NCBI GenBank assembly: GCA_964649815.1 | Contig: CAZYQC010000011.1 | Span: forward strand, 2,403-66,402 | From: an uncultured Rhodobacterales bacterium | GTDB lineage: Bacteria > Pseudomonadota > Alphaproteobacteria > Rhodobacterales > Rhodobacteraceae | DNA length: 64,000 nucleotides | Direction: 5' to 3' | Shown: positions 9,343 to 18,445 of the stretch, one piece after another | How the letters are laid out: each line of letters begins with the position of its first letter | Position numbering within the stretch: position 1 is the first letter of the stretch | Program-made: the position numbers and the translations under genes | The notes under the pieces: model-generated | Told to the model about the DNA's origin: nothing | What the model saw: only the letters and a program-made list of their open reading frames with translations | The model's database searches: none

Positions 9343-10305
9343 TTAATTGCCGCCAGACATATTCGTGATGTTGTTCACCGACGGGCCGACCAGAATGATC
9401 AACAGCGGTGGAACGGTTAACATCATAGTGGCAAGGGTCATCTTTGTTGGCAACTTATTCGCGGCTTCTTCGGCGCGCATAACGCGCTTGTCCCGCATTT
9501 CACCGGCATAGACCCGCAGCGCCTCGCCAATGGATGTACCAAAGGCCTGTGACTGGACCAGCACGGTCACAAAGCTTGACACATCGACAACGCCGCAGCG
9601 CTCGCCGAAATCGTTGAGAACCATCGCTTTGTCTTTACCGGCCTTCATCTCATAGCTCACAACAGTCAGCTCTTCTGCCAGGGCGGGGAAGGAGGCGTGA
9701 AGCTCTTTTGACACCCGCGCAATGGCCTGATCGAGAGATTGACCCGCCTCAACACAAACCAAAAGCATGTCGAGCGCGTCGGGAAAGCCTTGGGTGATCT
9801 GGGTCTTGCGTTCTTCGACGCGGCGCGTGACCCAATATTGCGGCAAGTAATATCCGATGCCCGCGGGGCCCACGGTGTACATCATCATCTTTTGCGTATC
9901 CATCGTGCCGGGTTCGATGATGAAATTCACATAGACCAGGCCACCGGCCAGGCCAACAAGCGCCAGGATCATCTGAGCAAAGTGGAAGAACCGAACCGCG
10001 TCGCGGGATGGATAGCCCGCCTGGCGCAACATCAACTGGCGTTTCGACAGCTCTGCCACGTCCTGTGGTTCGAGAAAATTCGCAAACTTTTCAAGCTGTT
10101 CGTTGCGCGATGCCTGCCGAAGGCGCTGTTGATTGCCCATCACCGAGGGGCGGTCCTGCGCTTTTTTGAGCTTGGACAGCGGATCCTCGGGCTGGCGCAT
10201 CATATAAATCACCACGCCCAAAACGAGCATGATGCCCATCACGCCAAGGATGATGATCGGACCCAGGGGGCCGAGAATTTCGAACGCTTCAAGAACCTGG
10301 TTCAT
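9343..10305 (-). CDS. tadC: Tad pilus inner-membrane platform protein TadC (T2SS F family)
   Basis: T2SSF-type domain (FPDALDMLLVCVEAGQSLDQAI...) flanked by TM segments, adjacent to tadB and cpaF. Confidence 0.9.
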   Translation of the reverse strand: MNQVLEAFEILGPLGPIIILGVMGIMLVLGVVIYMMRQPEDPLSKLKKAQDRPSVMGNQQRLRQASRNEQLEKFANFLEPQDVAELSKRQLMLRQAGYPSRDAVRFFHFAQMILALVGLAGGLVYVNFIIEPGTMDTQKMMMYTVGPAGIGYYLPQYWVTRRVEERKTQITQGFPDALDMLLVCVEAGQSLDQAIARVSKELHASFPALAEELTVVSYEMKAGKDKAMVLNDFGERCGVVDVSSFVTVLVQSQAFGTSIGEALRVYAGEMRDKRVMRAEEAANKLPTKMTLATMMLTVPPLLIILVGPSVNNITNMSGGN

Positions 10306-10317
10306 CGCAACACCGCC

Positions 10318-11283
10318 TTACACTTGGATATTGGTGAGCTTGCGCATCACAATCAGGTTCGCGACGAGCATGATGCCAACGACGAAACACGCGGGAATAA
10401 AATACGGATGATCCAGAACGTCATCATAGTAATGCGGGTCCGAGACGTTAATCGCGACCAGGGCCATCAGTGGGAAGCCTGACAGAAACTTGCCGGACCA
10501 TTGCGCCTCGGCGGTGATTGCTTTGACGCGGCGGAAGAGACGAAAACGGGCGCGGATCACTTTGGCCAAACCCGCCAGAATTTCGGCAAGGTTACCACCG
10601 GATTGCTGTTGAATAGTCACTGCGACCGACAAAAAGCGCAAATCCTGCATGTCGAGACGCTCGGCCATGTCTTTGAGCGCCTCACCGACGTCACGGCCGA
10701 ACGAGGCCTCGTCTGCAATCAGGCCAAATTCTGAGGCCAGCGGGTCGGGCACTTCTTTGGCAACGGTCTGAATGGAATGGGAAAACGGATGTCCCACGCG
10801 CAAACTGCGCACCATAAGTTCGACCGCATCAGGCAGTTGTTCTTCGATCAGGCCCAGGCGCTTTTTCGCCTTGGACGAGACCCAAAAGTAAACGGCGCCG
10901 ATGCCGATGCCAACGGACATCAAGGCGCGAACAGCGACATCTGTATCCGTGCCAATGCTCAGCCCGAAAAAGGCGATCACGGCCAAAAGACCCATAATGC
11001 CCATCAGCTGATTGGGCGTGAAGGCAATTGCCGCTTTTTGCGCCTTTTCGGCCAGCAGCGAATAAATCGGGATGGAACGCGCGCCCATATGCTGCTGCAT
11101 TTCCTTGCGCAGCTGTTCCAGAACCTCTTCGCGGCGCCCGCCCGCTTTGTTGAGCATTTCAAGGCGGCGGTTTACGCGGTTGTTCAAAGAGATCGAGCGC
11201 CCGAAGGCGACCAGGTAGATGCCCTCGACCAGAACCAGAACGCCGACGAAGATCAGGCCGTAAATAATTGGCTCAATTGACAT
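10318..11283 (-). CDS. tadB: Tad pilus inner-membrane platform protein TadB (T2SS F family)
   Basis: T2SSF-type domain (LPDAVELMVRSLRVGHPFSHSI...) with TM segments at both ends. Confidence 0.9.
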   Translation of the reverse strand: MSIEPIIYGLIFVGVLVLVEGIYLVAFGRSISLNNRVNRRLEMLNKAGGRREEVLEQLRKEMQQHMGARSIPIYSLLAEKAQKAAIAFTPNQLMGIMGLLAVIAFFGLSIGTDTDVAVRALMSVGIGIGAVYFWVSSKAKKRLGLIEEQLPDAVELMVRSLRVGHPFSHSIQTVAKEVPDPLASEFGLIADEASFGRDVGEALKDMAERLDMQDLRFLSVAVTIQQQSGGNLAEILAGLAKVIRARFRLFRRVKAITAEAQWSGKFLSGFPLMALVAINVSDPHYYDDVLDHPYFIPACFVVGIMLVANLIVMRKLTNIQV

Positions 11284-11293
11284 TTTCGCCTCC

Positions 11294-12736
11294 TTACTGC
11301 GCTGCGATTGGTTCGTAGATAGAGGCGGGCAGGTCGTATCCCCACAGGCGGAAACGCTCGGAATAATGCGACCGGACGCCAGTTGCGGTAAAGTGACCGA
11401 TGATCTTGTTGTCGGGCGTCAGACCCACGCGCTGAAAGCGGAAAACCTCCTGCATGGAGATGACATCGCCTTCCATGCCGGTGATCTCGGTGATTGACGT
11501 CATGCGGCGCGAGCCGTCTTGCAAACGCGAGGCCTGAACGATGAGGTTCACAGCGGACGCGATTTGCGAGCGCACGGCTTTGATCGGCATCTCGACGCCG
11601 GCCATCGCGATCATGTTTTCCAAACGGCTGATGCCGTCGCGGGCAGAGTTGGCGTGGATCGTTGTCATGGATCCGTCGTGGCCGGTGTTCATGGCCTGCA
11701 ACATGTCGATAACTTCTTCGCCGCGGGTTTCGCCCACGATGATGCGGTCGGGACGCATCCGAAGCGCGTTTTTCAGACAGTCGCGCGGCGACACTTCGCC
11801 TTTGCCTTCCACGTTTGGTGGACGGCTTTCCATGCGGCCCACGTGGATCTGTTGCAGCTGAAGTTCGGCCGTATCTTCGATCGTCAGGATGCGCTCGGCG
11901 TTGTCGATGAAGGATGACAGCGCGTTCAACGTGGTCGTCTTGCCCGAGCCTGTACCGCCAGAGACGATAACGTTCAGTCGTGTCGCCACAGCCGCTTGTA
12001 GATATGCAGCCATCTCTTCGGTGAAAGCACCGAAATTGACCAAATCATCAATACCCAGCTTGTCTTTTTTGAACTTACGGATCGAGACCAGAGATCCATC
12101 CACAGCCACAGGCGGCACCATCGCGTTAAAGCGTGATCCATCCTGGAGACGGGCGTCAACATAAGGGTTCGATTCATCGACGCGACGACCCACGGCCGAG
12201 ACGATTTTGTCAATGATACGAAGGAGATGCCGCTCATCTTTAAAGGTGATGTCGGTCAGTTGGAGTTTACCGGCGCGTTCGACGAAAATCTGCTTTGGAC
12301 CGTTCACGAGAATATCGTTGACGGTTTCATCCTTCAGAAGCGTTTCAAGCGGCCCAAGGCCGGTGACTTCGTCGAAAAGTTCCTGGTTCAGTGTTTGGCG
12401 GTCATCGCGGTTCAGGACGATGTTCTTTTCTTCGAGAACTTCGCTTGTGATGGCGCTGATTTCCTGGCGCAAATCCTGTTCGGTGGCGTGTTCCAACGCG
12501 GCCAGATTAAGATTGTCGAGCAGTGACTGATGCAGCTCGAGCTTGATTTCGGCCATCCGGTCGCGCCGCTTGCGTTCGCGTTCCGCAGCCGGGTCCGCGG
12601 CGGCACCTGCGATTTTTGACACCGCTTTGCGCGTGACACCTTTTTTCGGCATCTCCGTGACTTTGGCCTCGGCGACCTTTTTCTCGGGTGCTGCTGCGGG
12701 TGCGTCTTCGGTCTTTTTGAACTTGGAAAACATCAA
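11294..12736 (-). CDS. cpaF: Tad pilus secretion ATPase CpaF/TadA
   Basis: Walker [10 protein letters not shown], Asp/His boxes ([33 protein letters not shown]) typical of VirB11/CpaF ATPases. Confidence 0.95.
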   Translation of the reverse strand: MMFSKFKKTEDAPAAAPEKKVAEAKVTEMPKKGVTRKAVSKIAGAAADPAAERERKRRDRMAEIKLELHQSLLDNLNLAALEHATEQDLRQEISAITSEVLEEKNIVLNRDDRQTLNQELFDEVTGLGPLETLLKDETVNDILVNGPKQIFVERAGKLQLTDITFKDERHLLRIIDKIVSAVGRRVDESNPYVDARLQDGSRFNAMVPPVAVDGSLVSIRKFKKDKLGIDDLVNFGAFTEEMAAYLQAAVATRLNVIVSGGTGSGKTTTLNALSSFIDNAERILTIEDTAELQLQQIHVGRMESRPPNVEGKGEVSPRDCLKNALRMRPDRIIVGETRGEEVIDMLQAMNTGHDGSMTTIHANSARDGISRLENMIAMAGVEMPIKAVRSQIASAVNLIVQASRLQDGSRRMTSITEITGMEGDVISMQEVFRFQRVGLTPDNKIIGHFTATGVRSHYSERFRLWGYDLPASIYEPIAAQ

Positions 12737-12753
12737 TCGTCCTCAGAAAACGG

Positions 12754-14001
12754 TCACGCAGCTTCGGCTGCTTCGTGGGCAAGGTTGTGGATCGACATCG
12801 CGAGTTTTGCGATTTCCTTGCGCAACGGGTTTTTTGGCGCCGACGTGGCCAGCGGCAGCCCGTGGTCGGCACCGTGGGTGATCGGCTTGCCACCATCCGG
12901 CAATTGCACTTCGATGCTGATATCAAGGCTTTCGGCCAGGCGCTTAACGCGGCTTTTGCCGGTCAGGTCGGTGAACTTCGGGGCACGGTTCAGCGCGTAG
13001 CGCACTTTTTCCAAAGGCAATTCTTCGGATTGCAAGGCGCGTTTAAAGCGCAACGCATTCTGGGCCGAACGCATATCAAGCTCAAGCGTCGCGAAATAGA
13101 GATGCGCCGCGCTAAGCACGGTTTCGGTCCACATCACCAAAGTGGAAGGCATATCGATCACGACGTAATCAAAGTGTGAGCGCGCCATCTCGACCACGCG
13201 CGAAATGTCTTCGGGCGAGGCGAGGTCCAGCGGCACCATCTCGGACGGAGCCGTCAGGACATTCAGTTTGTCTTCATATGTGATCAAAGAGCCGCCAAAG
13301 ATCTCTTCGTCCATTGATTCTGTATCGGACAACATCTCAAGCACCGCTTCGCGCCGGGGCAGGTCCAGGCAGGTCGAGACCGAGCCTTGTTGCAGATCGA
13401 AGTCGATCAAGCAGACGCTGGGTGAGTCGTCTTTGTTGATGGTGGCCAATTCCCAGGCCAGATTGACGGCCAGCGTTGTTGCACCTGTACCGCCGGCCAG
13501 GCCATGCGTTACGAACACCGCGCCTTGCTTGTCGTCGCCCACGCGCAATTGCGTGGCGGCGGCTGCCGCGGCGGCGGGTGCGGGCTGTGGCGCGCTGATG
13601 GTGCGCAAACGGTCGATGGCTTGCTGAAATTCGCCTTCCGGCAGCGGGTAGGGGACGAATTCATCGGCGCCAGAGCGCAGCAATTGGTGCAAAGATGCAG
13701 GCGTAACATCCTCAGCAATAAGCATAACTTGGATGTTCACGGCTTTGGCGCGCGTGATGATGTCCGTGATCAGGCCGAGGTTTTCTTCATCCTCAGAATC
13801 AAGGGCAACGGCGATGAATTCCAGGTTCTCGGCGTCGGGTTGACCAAAAAAGGCGAGCGCTTCGGCAAAGCTGAGATCGCCCCACTTTTCGCCCAGAGCA
13901 TCTTCCATATCCTCGATCAACAGATCGAAGTTCTGCACGTCGCGACTGACGGTACAGGCCAGTACTGCTGGCGTTTCTGGTTGTGGCATAACACTGCTCA
14001 T
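12754..14001 (-). CDS. cpaE: Tad pilus assembly/localisation protein CpaE/TadZ (receiver-like N-domain plus ParA/MinD-like ATPase fold)
   Basis: Deviant Walker A region HGLAGGTGATTLAVNLAWELA. N-terminal receiver-like domain. Positioned directly upstream of cpaF. Confidence 0.85.
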   Translation of the reverse strand: MSSVMPQPETPAVLACTVSRDVQNFDLLIEDMEDALGEKWGDLSFAEALAFFGQPDAENLEFIAVALDSEDEENLGLITDIITRAKAVNIQVMLIAEDVTPASLHQLLRSGADEFVPYPLPEGEFQQAIDRLRTISAPQPAPAAAAAAATQLRVGDDKQGAVFVTHGLAGGTGATTLAVNLAWELATINKDDSPSVCLIDFDLQQGSVSTCLDLPRREAVLEMLSDTESMDEEIFGGSLITYEDKLNVLTAPSEMVPLDLASPEDISRVVEMARSHFDYVVIDMPSTLVMWTETVLSAAHLYFATLELDMRSAQNALRFKRALQSEELPLEKVRYALNRAPKFTDLTGKSRVKRLAESLDISIEVQLPDGGKPITHGADHGLPLATSAPKNPLRKEIAKLAMSIHNLAHEAAEAA

Positions 14002-14213
14002 CTGCCCACACGTCCTATGTTGCTGCGGCGCCGGACGGGGGACGGATTAAACTTCCGCTTCGCATAACCCCTGACGTCGCGTGTCCACCGAGGCGGACTC
14101 TCGAATTCCTACTCTTGTAGTGTCGCTTGGAATTCGGGCAGGAATGCGGCCAAAAAAACCCAATTGTGGGATTTAGGGGATGATGTTCGCGGTATGCGCG
14201 AAGATCGGGCTGC

Positions 14214-14241
14214 GGGCCTTTCCCCTGTGCGAGAAAGGCCC
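14214..14241 (-). terminator. Stem-loop 9 nt downstream of the OmpA-family gene, inside the 248-nt cpaE-upstream spacer
   Basis: 9-bp stem gggcctttc (14214-14222) / gaaaggccc (14233-14241). No immediate U-tract on the minus strand. A T7 run (plus-strand A7 at 14152-14158) follows a weak hairpin further downstream. Confidence 0.3.
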
Positions 14242-14249
14242 GGGCAGGG

Positions 14250-14909
14250 TCAGTTTGCGATCAGCGTCGCCTCAGAGCCAACGACGCTTGGCGCGATGGC
14301 GGATGCGACATAGTCGCGATATATGATCTGTGCATATTTGCCGTCGAGAACCTGAGGATGGCTCTGCACAAATCCTGTCACCTCGGTCACCGTGCGGCGG
14401 TTCTTGCGTTCGCGGTTTTGCGTGACGACCAATGGCTGAGTTTCACCAAAGGAAACAACGGCTTCGAGACGGCTGCGGCTGATGCCGTGGCTGGTCAGAT
14501 ACCGCACAACGGCATTTGCGCGGCGCTGTCCGAGGCGCTTGTTATAGGCGTTGGAGCCGACAAGATCGGTGTGGCCATACACCCGAAAGCGCACTTCGGG
14601 GAATTGTTTGATAAAGTTGGCTTGCTGCGCCAGCGTTTGTTTGGCCGCTGCATCCAGCTGGGACGAGTTGAACGCGAAATTGATTGTCGTCGGCACTTCG
14701 GCGGCAAATCGGTTCGCCAGGTCCGTCACATAGGTCTTTTGGCCTGTGTGATACTGCATGTTGTTATGCGTGGCGTTGCCAAAGTCGCCGGTGTCGGTGA
14801 TCGCGCCAGCCTCGCGGAAGAACTGGGTCATGATCGAGTCGGAGCTGGTGCATCCGCCCAGAACCGCCAAGGCCAATGCGGCTGCTGCAAGTGTTCGACG
14901 CTGTGTCAT
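14250..14909 (-). CDS. OmpA-family lipoprotein occupying the CpaD/RcpB position of the tad locus
   Basis: Start moved to the ATG at 14909 (SD GAGGGG upstream): MTQRRTLAAAALALAVLGGC lipobox. OmpA C-like peptidoglycan-binding block FAFNSSQL...RVYGHTDLVGSNAYNKRLGQRRANAV. Confidence 0.85.
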   Translation of the reverse strand: MTQRRTLAAAALALAVLGGCTSSDSIMTQFFREAGAITDTGDFGNATHNNMQYHTGQKTYVTDLANRFAAEVPTTINFAFNSSQLDAAAKQTLAQQANFIKQFPEVRFRVYGHTDLVGSNAYNKRLGQRRANAVVRYLTSHGISRSRLEAVVSFGETQPLVVTQNRERKNRRTVTEVTGFVQSHPQVLDGKYAQIIYRDYVASAIAPSVVGSEATLIAN

Positions 14910-14931
14910 GTCGTTGCCCCTCTGCGAGCGA

Positions 14932-16365
14932 TCAGTCCAGCACGTAGCCGTATGATCCACTGAAATCCTGTTTTGCCACTTCTGCTGCGGGCCCCTTTTT
15001 CGGAGCGTTTTTGTTCTGAGCGACCTTGCCACGCAGGAACAGATCCTTTTCGCTTGGCGGGACAACACGGTCCGTCGGCAGCGCGAGCGCGTCGCCTCTT
15101 GTGGGGGTCACCAGATGGGCCGAGATGATAATCACCAGCTCACTTTGGCCGCGCAGATAATTGGCAGAGCGGAACAGCGAACCCAGCACCGGCACGTCGC
15201 CAATCCAAGGCAGTTGCGTGCTGTTGTCGACAAAGTTGTCTTCCAAAAGTCCAGCGATTGCAAAGCTTTGGCCATCCCGAAGCTCGACCGTGGTTGCGGC
15301 TTCGCGGCGGGTAAAGGCATCGATTTCAAAGCCGTTGACCGCAAAGCCATTGGTCGGGTCAATCGCGGATACGGCCGCTTTGAATTCCAGGTTGATCAGG
15401 TCTTTGTCGACAACGCGCGGGATAAAGTCGAGCTGTACGCCAAAGGGTTTGAATTCAACGGTAATCACGCCGTTGTCCTGGGCCACCGGGATAGGATATT
15501 CGCCGCCTGCCAAAAAGTTGGCCTCTTGGCCGGAGAGGGCAACCAGGTTTGGCTCGGCCAAGGTGCGCACCATCCCTTTGGTTTCCAACGCCTCAAGCAA
15601 AAGGCCGATCCGGGTGCTTCCTGCGGTGAACCCCAGCAGCAAGGCGCCAGCGTTTTCGTTGCCCGCCGGGACCGAACCCGAGAGCGAATTCGCGAGGTCG
15701 GCAGAGCCGATCGTGCCGCCGGTGCCGGCATTCACGCCCACATTGTTGGAGAAAATCGCACCATCAACCGCCAAAGACGAGCTGAGCGACTTGGACACAG
15801 TGCGGTTCATCTCGGCAAAGCGCACTTTCATCATGACTTGCTGGACGCCACCGACCGACATCAAATTGCTGACGCGGCCCTCTGCGTAGCGTTCGGCAAG
15901 ATCAAGGGCACGTTGCAGCCGCTGCGAGGACGAGACGACGCCCGACAGGACGATACCGTCATTTGCGGTGCGCACTTCGATTTTTTCGTTGGGCAGGATC
16001 TGGCGCAGGCGTTCTTTGAACTCGGTCAGATCGGGCGCCACGCGCACATCCACGTTCGAGATCAACTGGCCGGTGCCATCAAGGATCGTCAGCGTCGTCA
16101 TGCCGGGCGCTTTGCCCAGGACGTAAATTGTGCGGTCACTCAGCGATGAGATATCGGCGATGGTCGCGTTGGCGATGGACAATTCCGCAAAGGGGACGTC
16201 ACTTTCGACAACAACGGCCCTATTCATGGGAACATTCAGCGTTGCGACTTTTCCGCGTTTGACCACGCGCAGCGTTTCCGCCTCAGTCGGCAGCGTTGTC
16301 GCGGCCCATCCAAAGGAAAGTGTCAGGCCCAGCAAAGCGGCCTTGATAGAACTATTGAACGTCAT
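14932..16365 (-). CDS. cpaC: Tad pilus outer-membrane secretin CpaC/RcpA
   Basis: Signal peptide from the ATG at 16365 (MTFNSSIKAALLGLTLSFGWA). BON-like N-domain and secretin C-domain (VELRDGQSFAIAGLL...PWIGDVPVLGSLFRS). Confidence 0.9.
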   Translation of the reverse strand: MTFNSSIKAALLGLTLSFGWAATTLPTEAETLRVVKRGKVATLNVPMNRAVVVESDVPFAELSIANATIADISSLSDRTIYVLGKAPGMTTLTILDGTGQLISNVDVRVAPDLTEFKERLRQILPNEKIEVRTANDGIVLSGVVSSSQRLQRALDLAERYAEGRVSNLMSVGGVQQVMMKVRFAEMNRTVSKSLSSSLAVDGAIFSNNVGVNAGTGGTIGSADLANSLSGSVPAGNENAGALLLGFTAGSTRIGLLLEALETKGMVRTLAEPNLVALSGQEANFLAGGEYPIPVAQDNGVITVEFKPFGVQLDFIPRVVDKDLINLEFKAAVSAIDPTNGFAVNGFEIDAFTRREAATTVELRDGQSFAIAGLLEDNFVDNSTQLPWIGDVPVLGSLFRSANYLRGQSELVIIISAHLVTPTRGDALALPTDRVVPPSEKDLFLRGKVAQNKNAPKKGPAAEVAKQDFSGSYGYVLD

Positions 16366-16500
16366 GTGACCTGCCTCTTGATCACTGGGGGATGCAGACA
16401 TTTTGCCTGTCATTTGGCGCACTCTGCGTCAATTCCGGTTTTTTTGCAAGAATCAGTGCCTTCTGGGTCAGGCTTTATGTGGATAACTTGCAAAAATCCC

Positions 16501-16536
16501 ACAAAACGGATCAGAGCCGCGGGTGAGGCGGCTCTG
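16501..16536 (-). terminator. Candidate intrinsic terminator between cpaB and cpaC
   Basis: 9-bp stem cagagccgc (16512-16520) / gcggctctg (16528-16536) with a 7-nt loop. The minus-strand RNA continues AUCCGUUUUGUGGGAUUUUUG. Lies in a 203-nt spacer between the cpaB stop (16569) and the cpaC start (16365). Confidence 0.45.
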
Positions 16537-16568
16537 GGATGCGGGTGTTTATGGCCGCAGGCGTGCGT

Positions 16569-17453
16569 TTAATTCGTGCACGGGATCGGGATTTCGACCA
16601 CTTCGGAGCCGCGGCGTGTGCGGATTGTGCAAACTTGCTTTTCCTGAACCTGCACTTGCTTTTCCTCTTCCTGGAGGCCGAGCAGGCGGCGCTGGTCGAT
16701 TTCGACTTGGGCTGCGATTGTGTCGTCTTCGGCTCCGACTAGGGACAAAGACAAGCGTCCGGTCGACTGCGCCTGTGCCAAAGCGGCGACCTGAGCGGGC
16801 AGGGCGGCGACGGTGACGGTCTGGGCAATGCTTGCGCCATCAAGATCTGCGGCTGCGTTTTGGTCAACGGCGATCAGTCGGATGCCAGCCTCGATCAGTT
16901 TAGTGACCTCGCCCCCGCCGACGCGTTCGTTGGCGTTGCGAATGTTGCCGGTCCAATAGACGTCAACCCGGTCGCCTGGGCGCAAAAAGCCTGACACACC
17001 AGAGGCCACGTCAACTTTGATGGCAAAAGCGCGCATGCCGCGGTCAAGCTGTGACGTGATGCCGGCAGCTTCGCCAGGCTCGGTCACTTTGACTTGCAGG
17101 ATGGCTTCGTCTTTTTCCATTGTGCGCAACACGGTCCGGGCCAGATCTTCGGGAAGATCTTCTGCCGTTTCGTACGCTTCGTCATAGATGCTGAATGCGC
17201 CGACAAAGGCGCCTTCTGGAATGGCGTCCTGGGGCCACAACACCAGCCGAAGGTCTTCGGGGTCAAGCCGTTCGCCGTATTTCAATTGCCGTTCGGCCAC
17301 GTAAACTTCGACCGTGGGAACGATTTTTTCGCGTTCAGCGCGTTCGCGCGCCAAAGCGCTTTGATATTGTCCAACGTAGTTTTTGGCGAGGTAGACAGCA
17401 CCGCCAGCAAGGGCGAGACCGACCAACAGTACCAATCCGAATACAGCACGCAT
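16569..17453 (-). CDS. cpaB: Flp pilus assembly protein CpaB/RcpC
   Basis: N-terminal TM anchor MRAVFGLVLLVGLALAGGAVYLA followed by a SAF/RcpC-type periplasmic domain. Position between the pilins and the secretin. Confidence 0.9.
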   Translation of the reverse strand: MRAVFGLVLLVGLALAGGAVYLAKNYVGQYQSALARERAEREKIVPTVEVYVAERQLKYGERLDPEDLRLVLWPQDAIPEGAFVGAFSIYDEAYETAEDLPEDLARTVLRTMEKDEAILQVKVTEPGEAAGITSQLDRGMRAFAIKVDVASGVSGFLRPGDRVDVYWTGNIRNANERVGGGEVTKLIEAGIRLIAVDQNAAADLDGASIAQTVTVAALPAQVAALAQAQSTGRLSLSLVGAEDDTIAAQVEIDQRRLLGLQEEEKQVQVQEKQVCTIRTRRGSEVVEIPIPCTN

Positions 17454-17612
17454 GATGACCCTGCTCCAGTCTGAGTGTGGTTAGGTTCCGGTTTGAAAAT
17501 ATGTGTCAAAAATGGCCAAATCAGGGACGCGTCACGTTCTTACGGTGACTTACAGCCGCTAAATGGACGAAAATTTTCGCGTATCCATCAAAGGGAACGG
17601 TTCGGGTGCGCC

Positions 17613-17795
17613 TTAGCGAAGCCCGCCCATAAAGGTCGCGACATCTGAGGCAAAGCTCACAAAGACGTTGGAGGATGATGCCAGCGTCCCCGCGGCCAAC
17701 CCAACAACACCTGCTGTCAAAACAACCCAGTCGACAGTGACGGCACCGTCTTCTTTCCGCTTGAAGCGACGAAAATACTCTTTCAACTTGTACAT
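17613..17795 (-). CDS. flp: Flp-family type IVb prepilin (60 aa), copy 1
   Basis: ATG at 17795 with SD AGGGTG. MYKLKEYFRRFKRKEDG/AVTVDWVVLTAGVVGLAAG: charged leader, Gly, then a hydrophobic helix. The ORF-track 5' extension to 17855 runs through a terminator hairpin. Confidence 0.8.
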   Translation of the reverse strand: MYKLKEYFRRFKRKEDGAVTVDWVVLTAGVVGLAAGTLASSSNVFVSFASDVATFMGGLR

Positions 17796-17811
17796 TTTCA
17801 CACCCTGCAAA

Positions 17812-17850
17812 ATTTTCGAAAATAAAGACCGCGACCGTTGCCGGACGCGG
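17812..17850 (-). terminator. Candidate intrinsic terminator/attenuator between the two flp genes
   Basis: Stem 17829-17837 / 17842-17850 (9 pairs, one A.A mismatch, loop ttgc). The minus-strand RNA continues UCUUUAUUUUCGAAAAUUUU. Confidence 0.55.
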
Positions 17851-17901
17851 CCCATTTCTCGTTTCCTGGTCCTGCGCTTCGGCAGGAGCCTAAGCGTTAG
17901 C

Positions 17902-18081
17902 TTAGGTCGGCTTCTTTGTGCCCAGGAAGGAAGCTGTATCGGAAGTCAGGTTAGAAGAACCTGTTTCGATGGATGTGTAAGCTGCACCGGCCAGGGCAAC
18001 AACTGCGGCTGTCAGCACAACCCAGTCAACTGTTACAGCGCCGTTTTCGTCTTTACGGAAGTTCTTGATGAATTTGATCAT
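17902..18081 (-). CDS. flp: Flp-family type IVb prepilin (59 aa), copy 2 (promoter-proximal)
   Basis: ATG at 18081 with strong SD GGAGGG. MIKFIKNFRKDENG/AVTVDWVVLTAAVVALAGA. Paralogous to copy 1, with an identical GAVTVDWVVLTA core. Confidence 0.8.
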   Translation of the reverse strand: MIKFIKNFRKDENGAVTVDWVVLTAAVVALAGAAYTSIETGSSNLTSDTASFLGTKKPT

Positions 18082-18445
18082 GGTATGTCCCTCCAAAGGA
18101 TCATTCGATTTCGGTTGCAACCTCGCCGGGCTCTGAGACCGCCTCTCTCTCATTGGGCCTCGCCGACTTGGCATGGGAGGTTTATCGCTTTTGATTGGGG
18201 CCATTGTTTGACGCGAAATATGGTAATTTCCCTTGTCGGTGGGAATTTTTCAGAAAAACTTTCAAAGCACTGATTTGAATGGAAAAAAATGCAAATCTAT
18301 TTGATTCAACTTGTTTGAAACCGGCTGGATCGGGCCAAATAAGGCAGTTCCGACGCGGTTTCGCCGCAATTGCCCGGCGACAATCGGCTTATTTCCGCGT
18401 ATTCTGGGGCCAAAGCGTTACGATAAAAGGCGCGAGGCAGAGCAG

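Noticed and set aside
17668-18273. 201-aa plus-strand ORF covering both flp genes in antisense, and the 5' extensions of the flp ORFs (to 17855 and 18204)
   Set aside because: The internal ATGs at 17795 and 18081 have good SD sequences and give canonical short Flp leaders. The extensions run through a terminator hairpin or lack any SD. The antisense ORF has no features.
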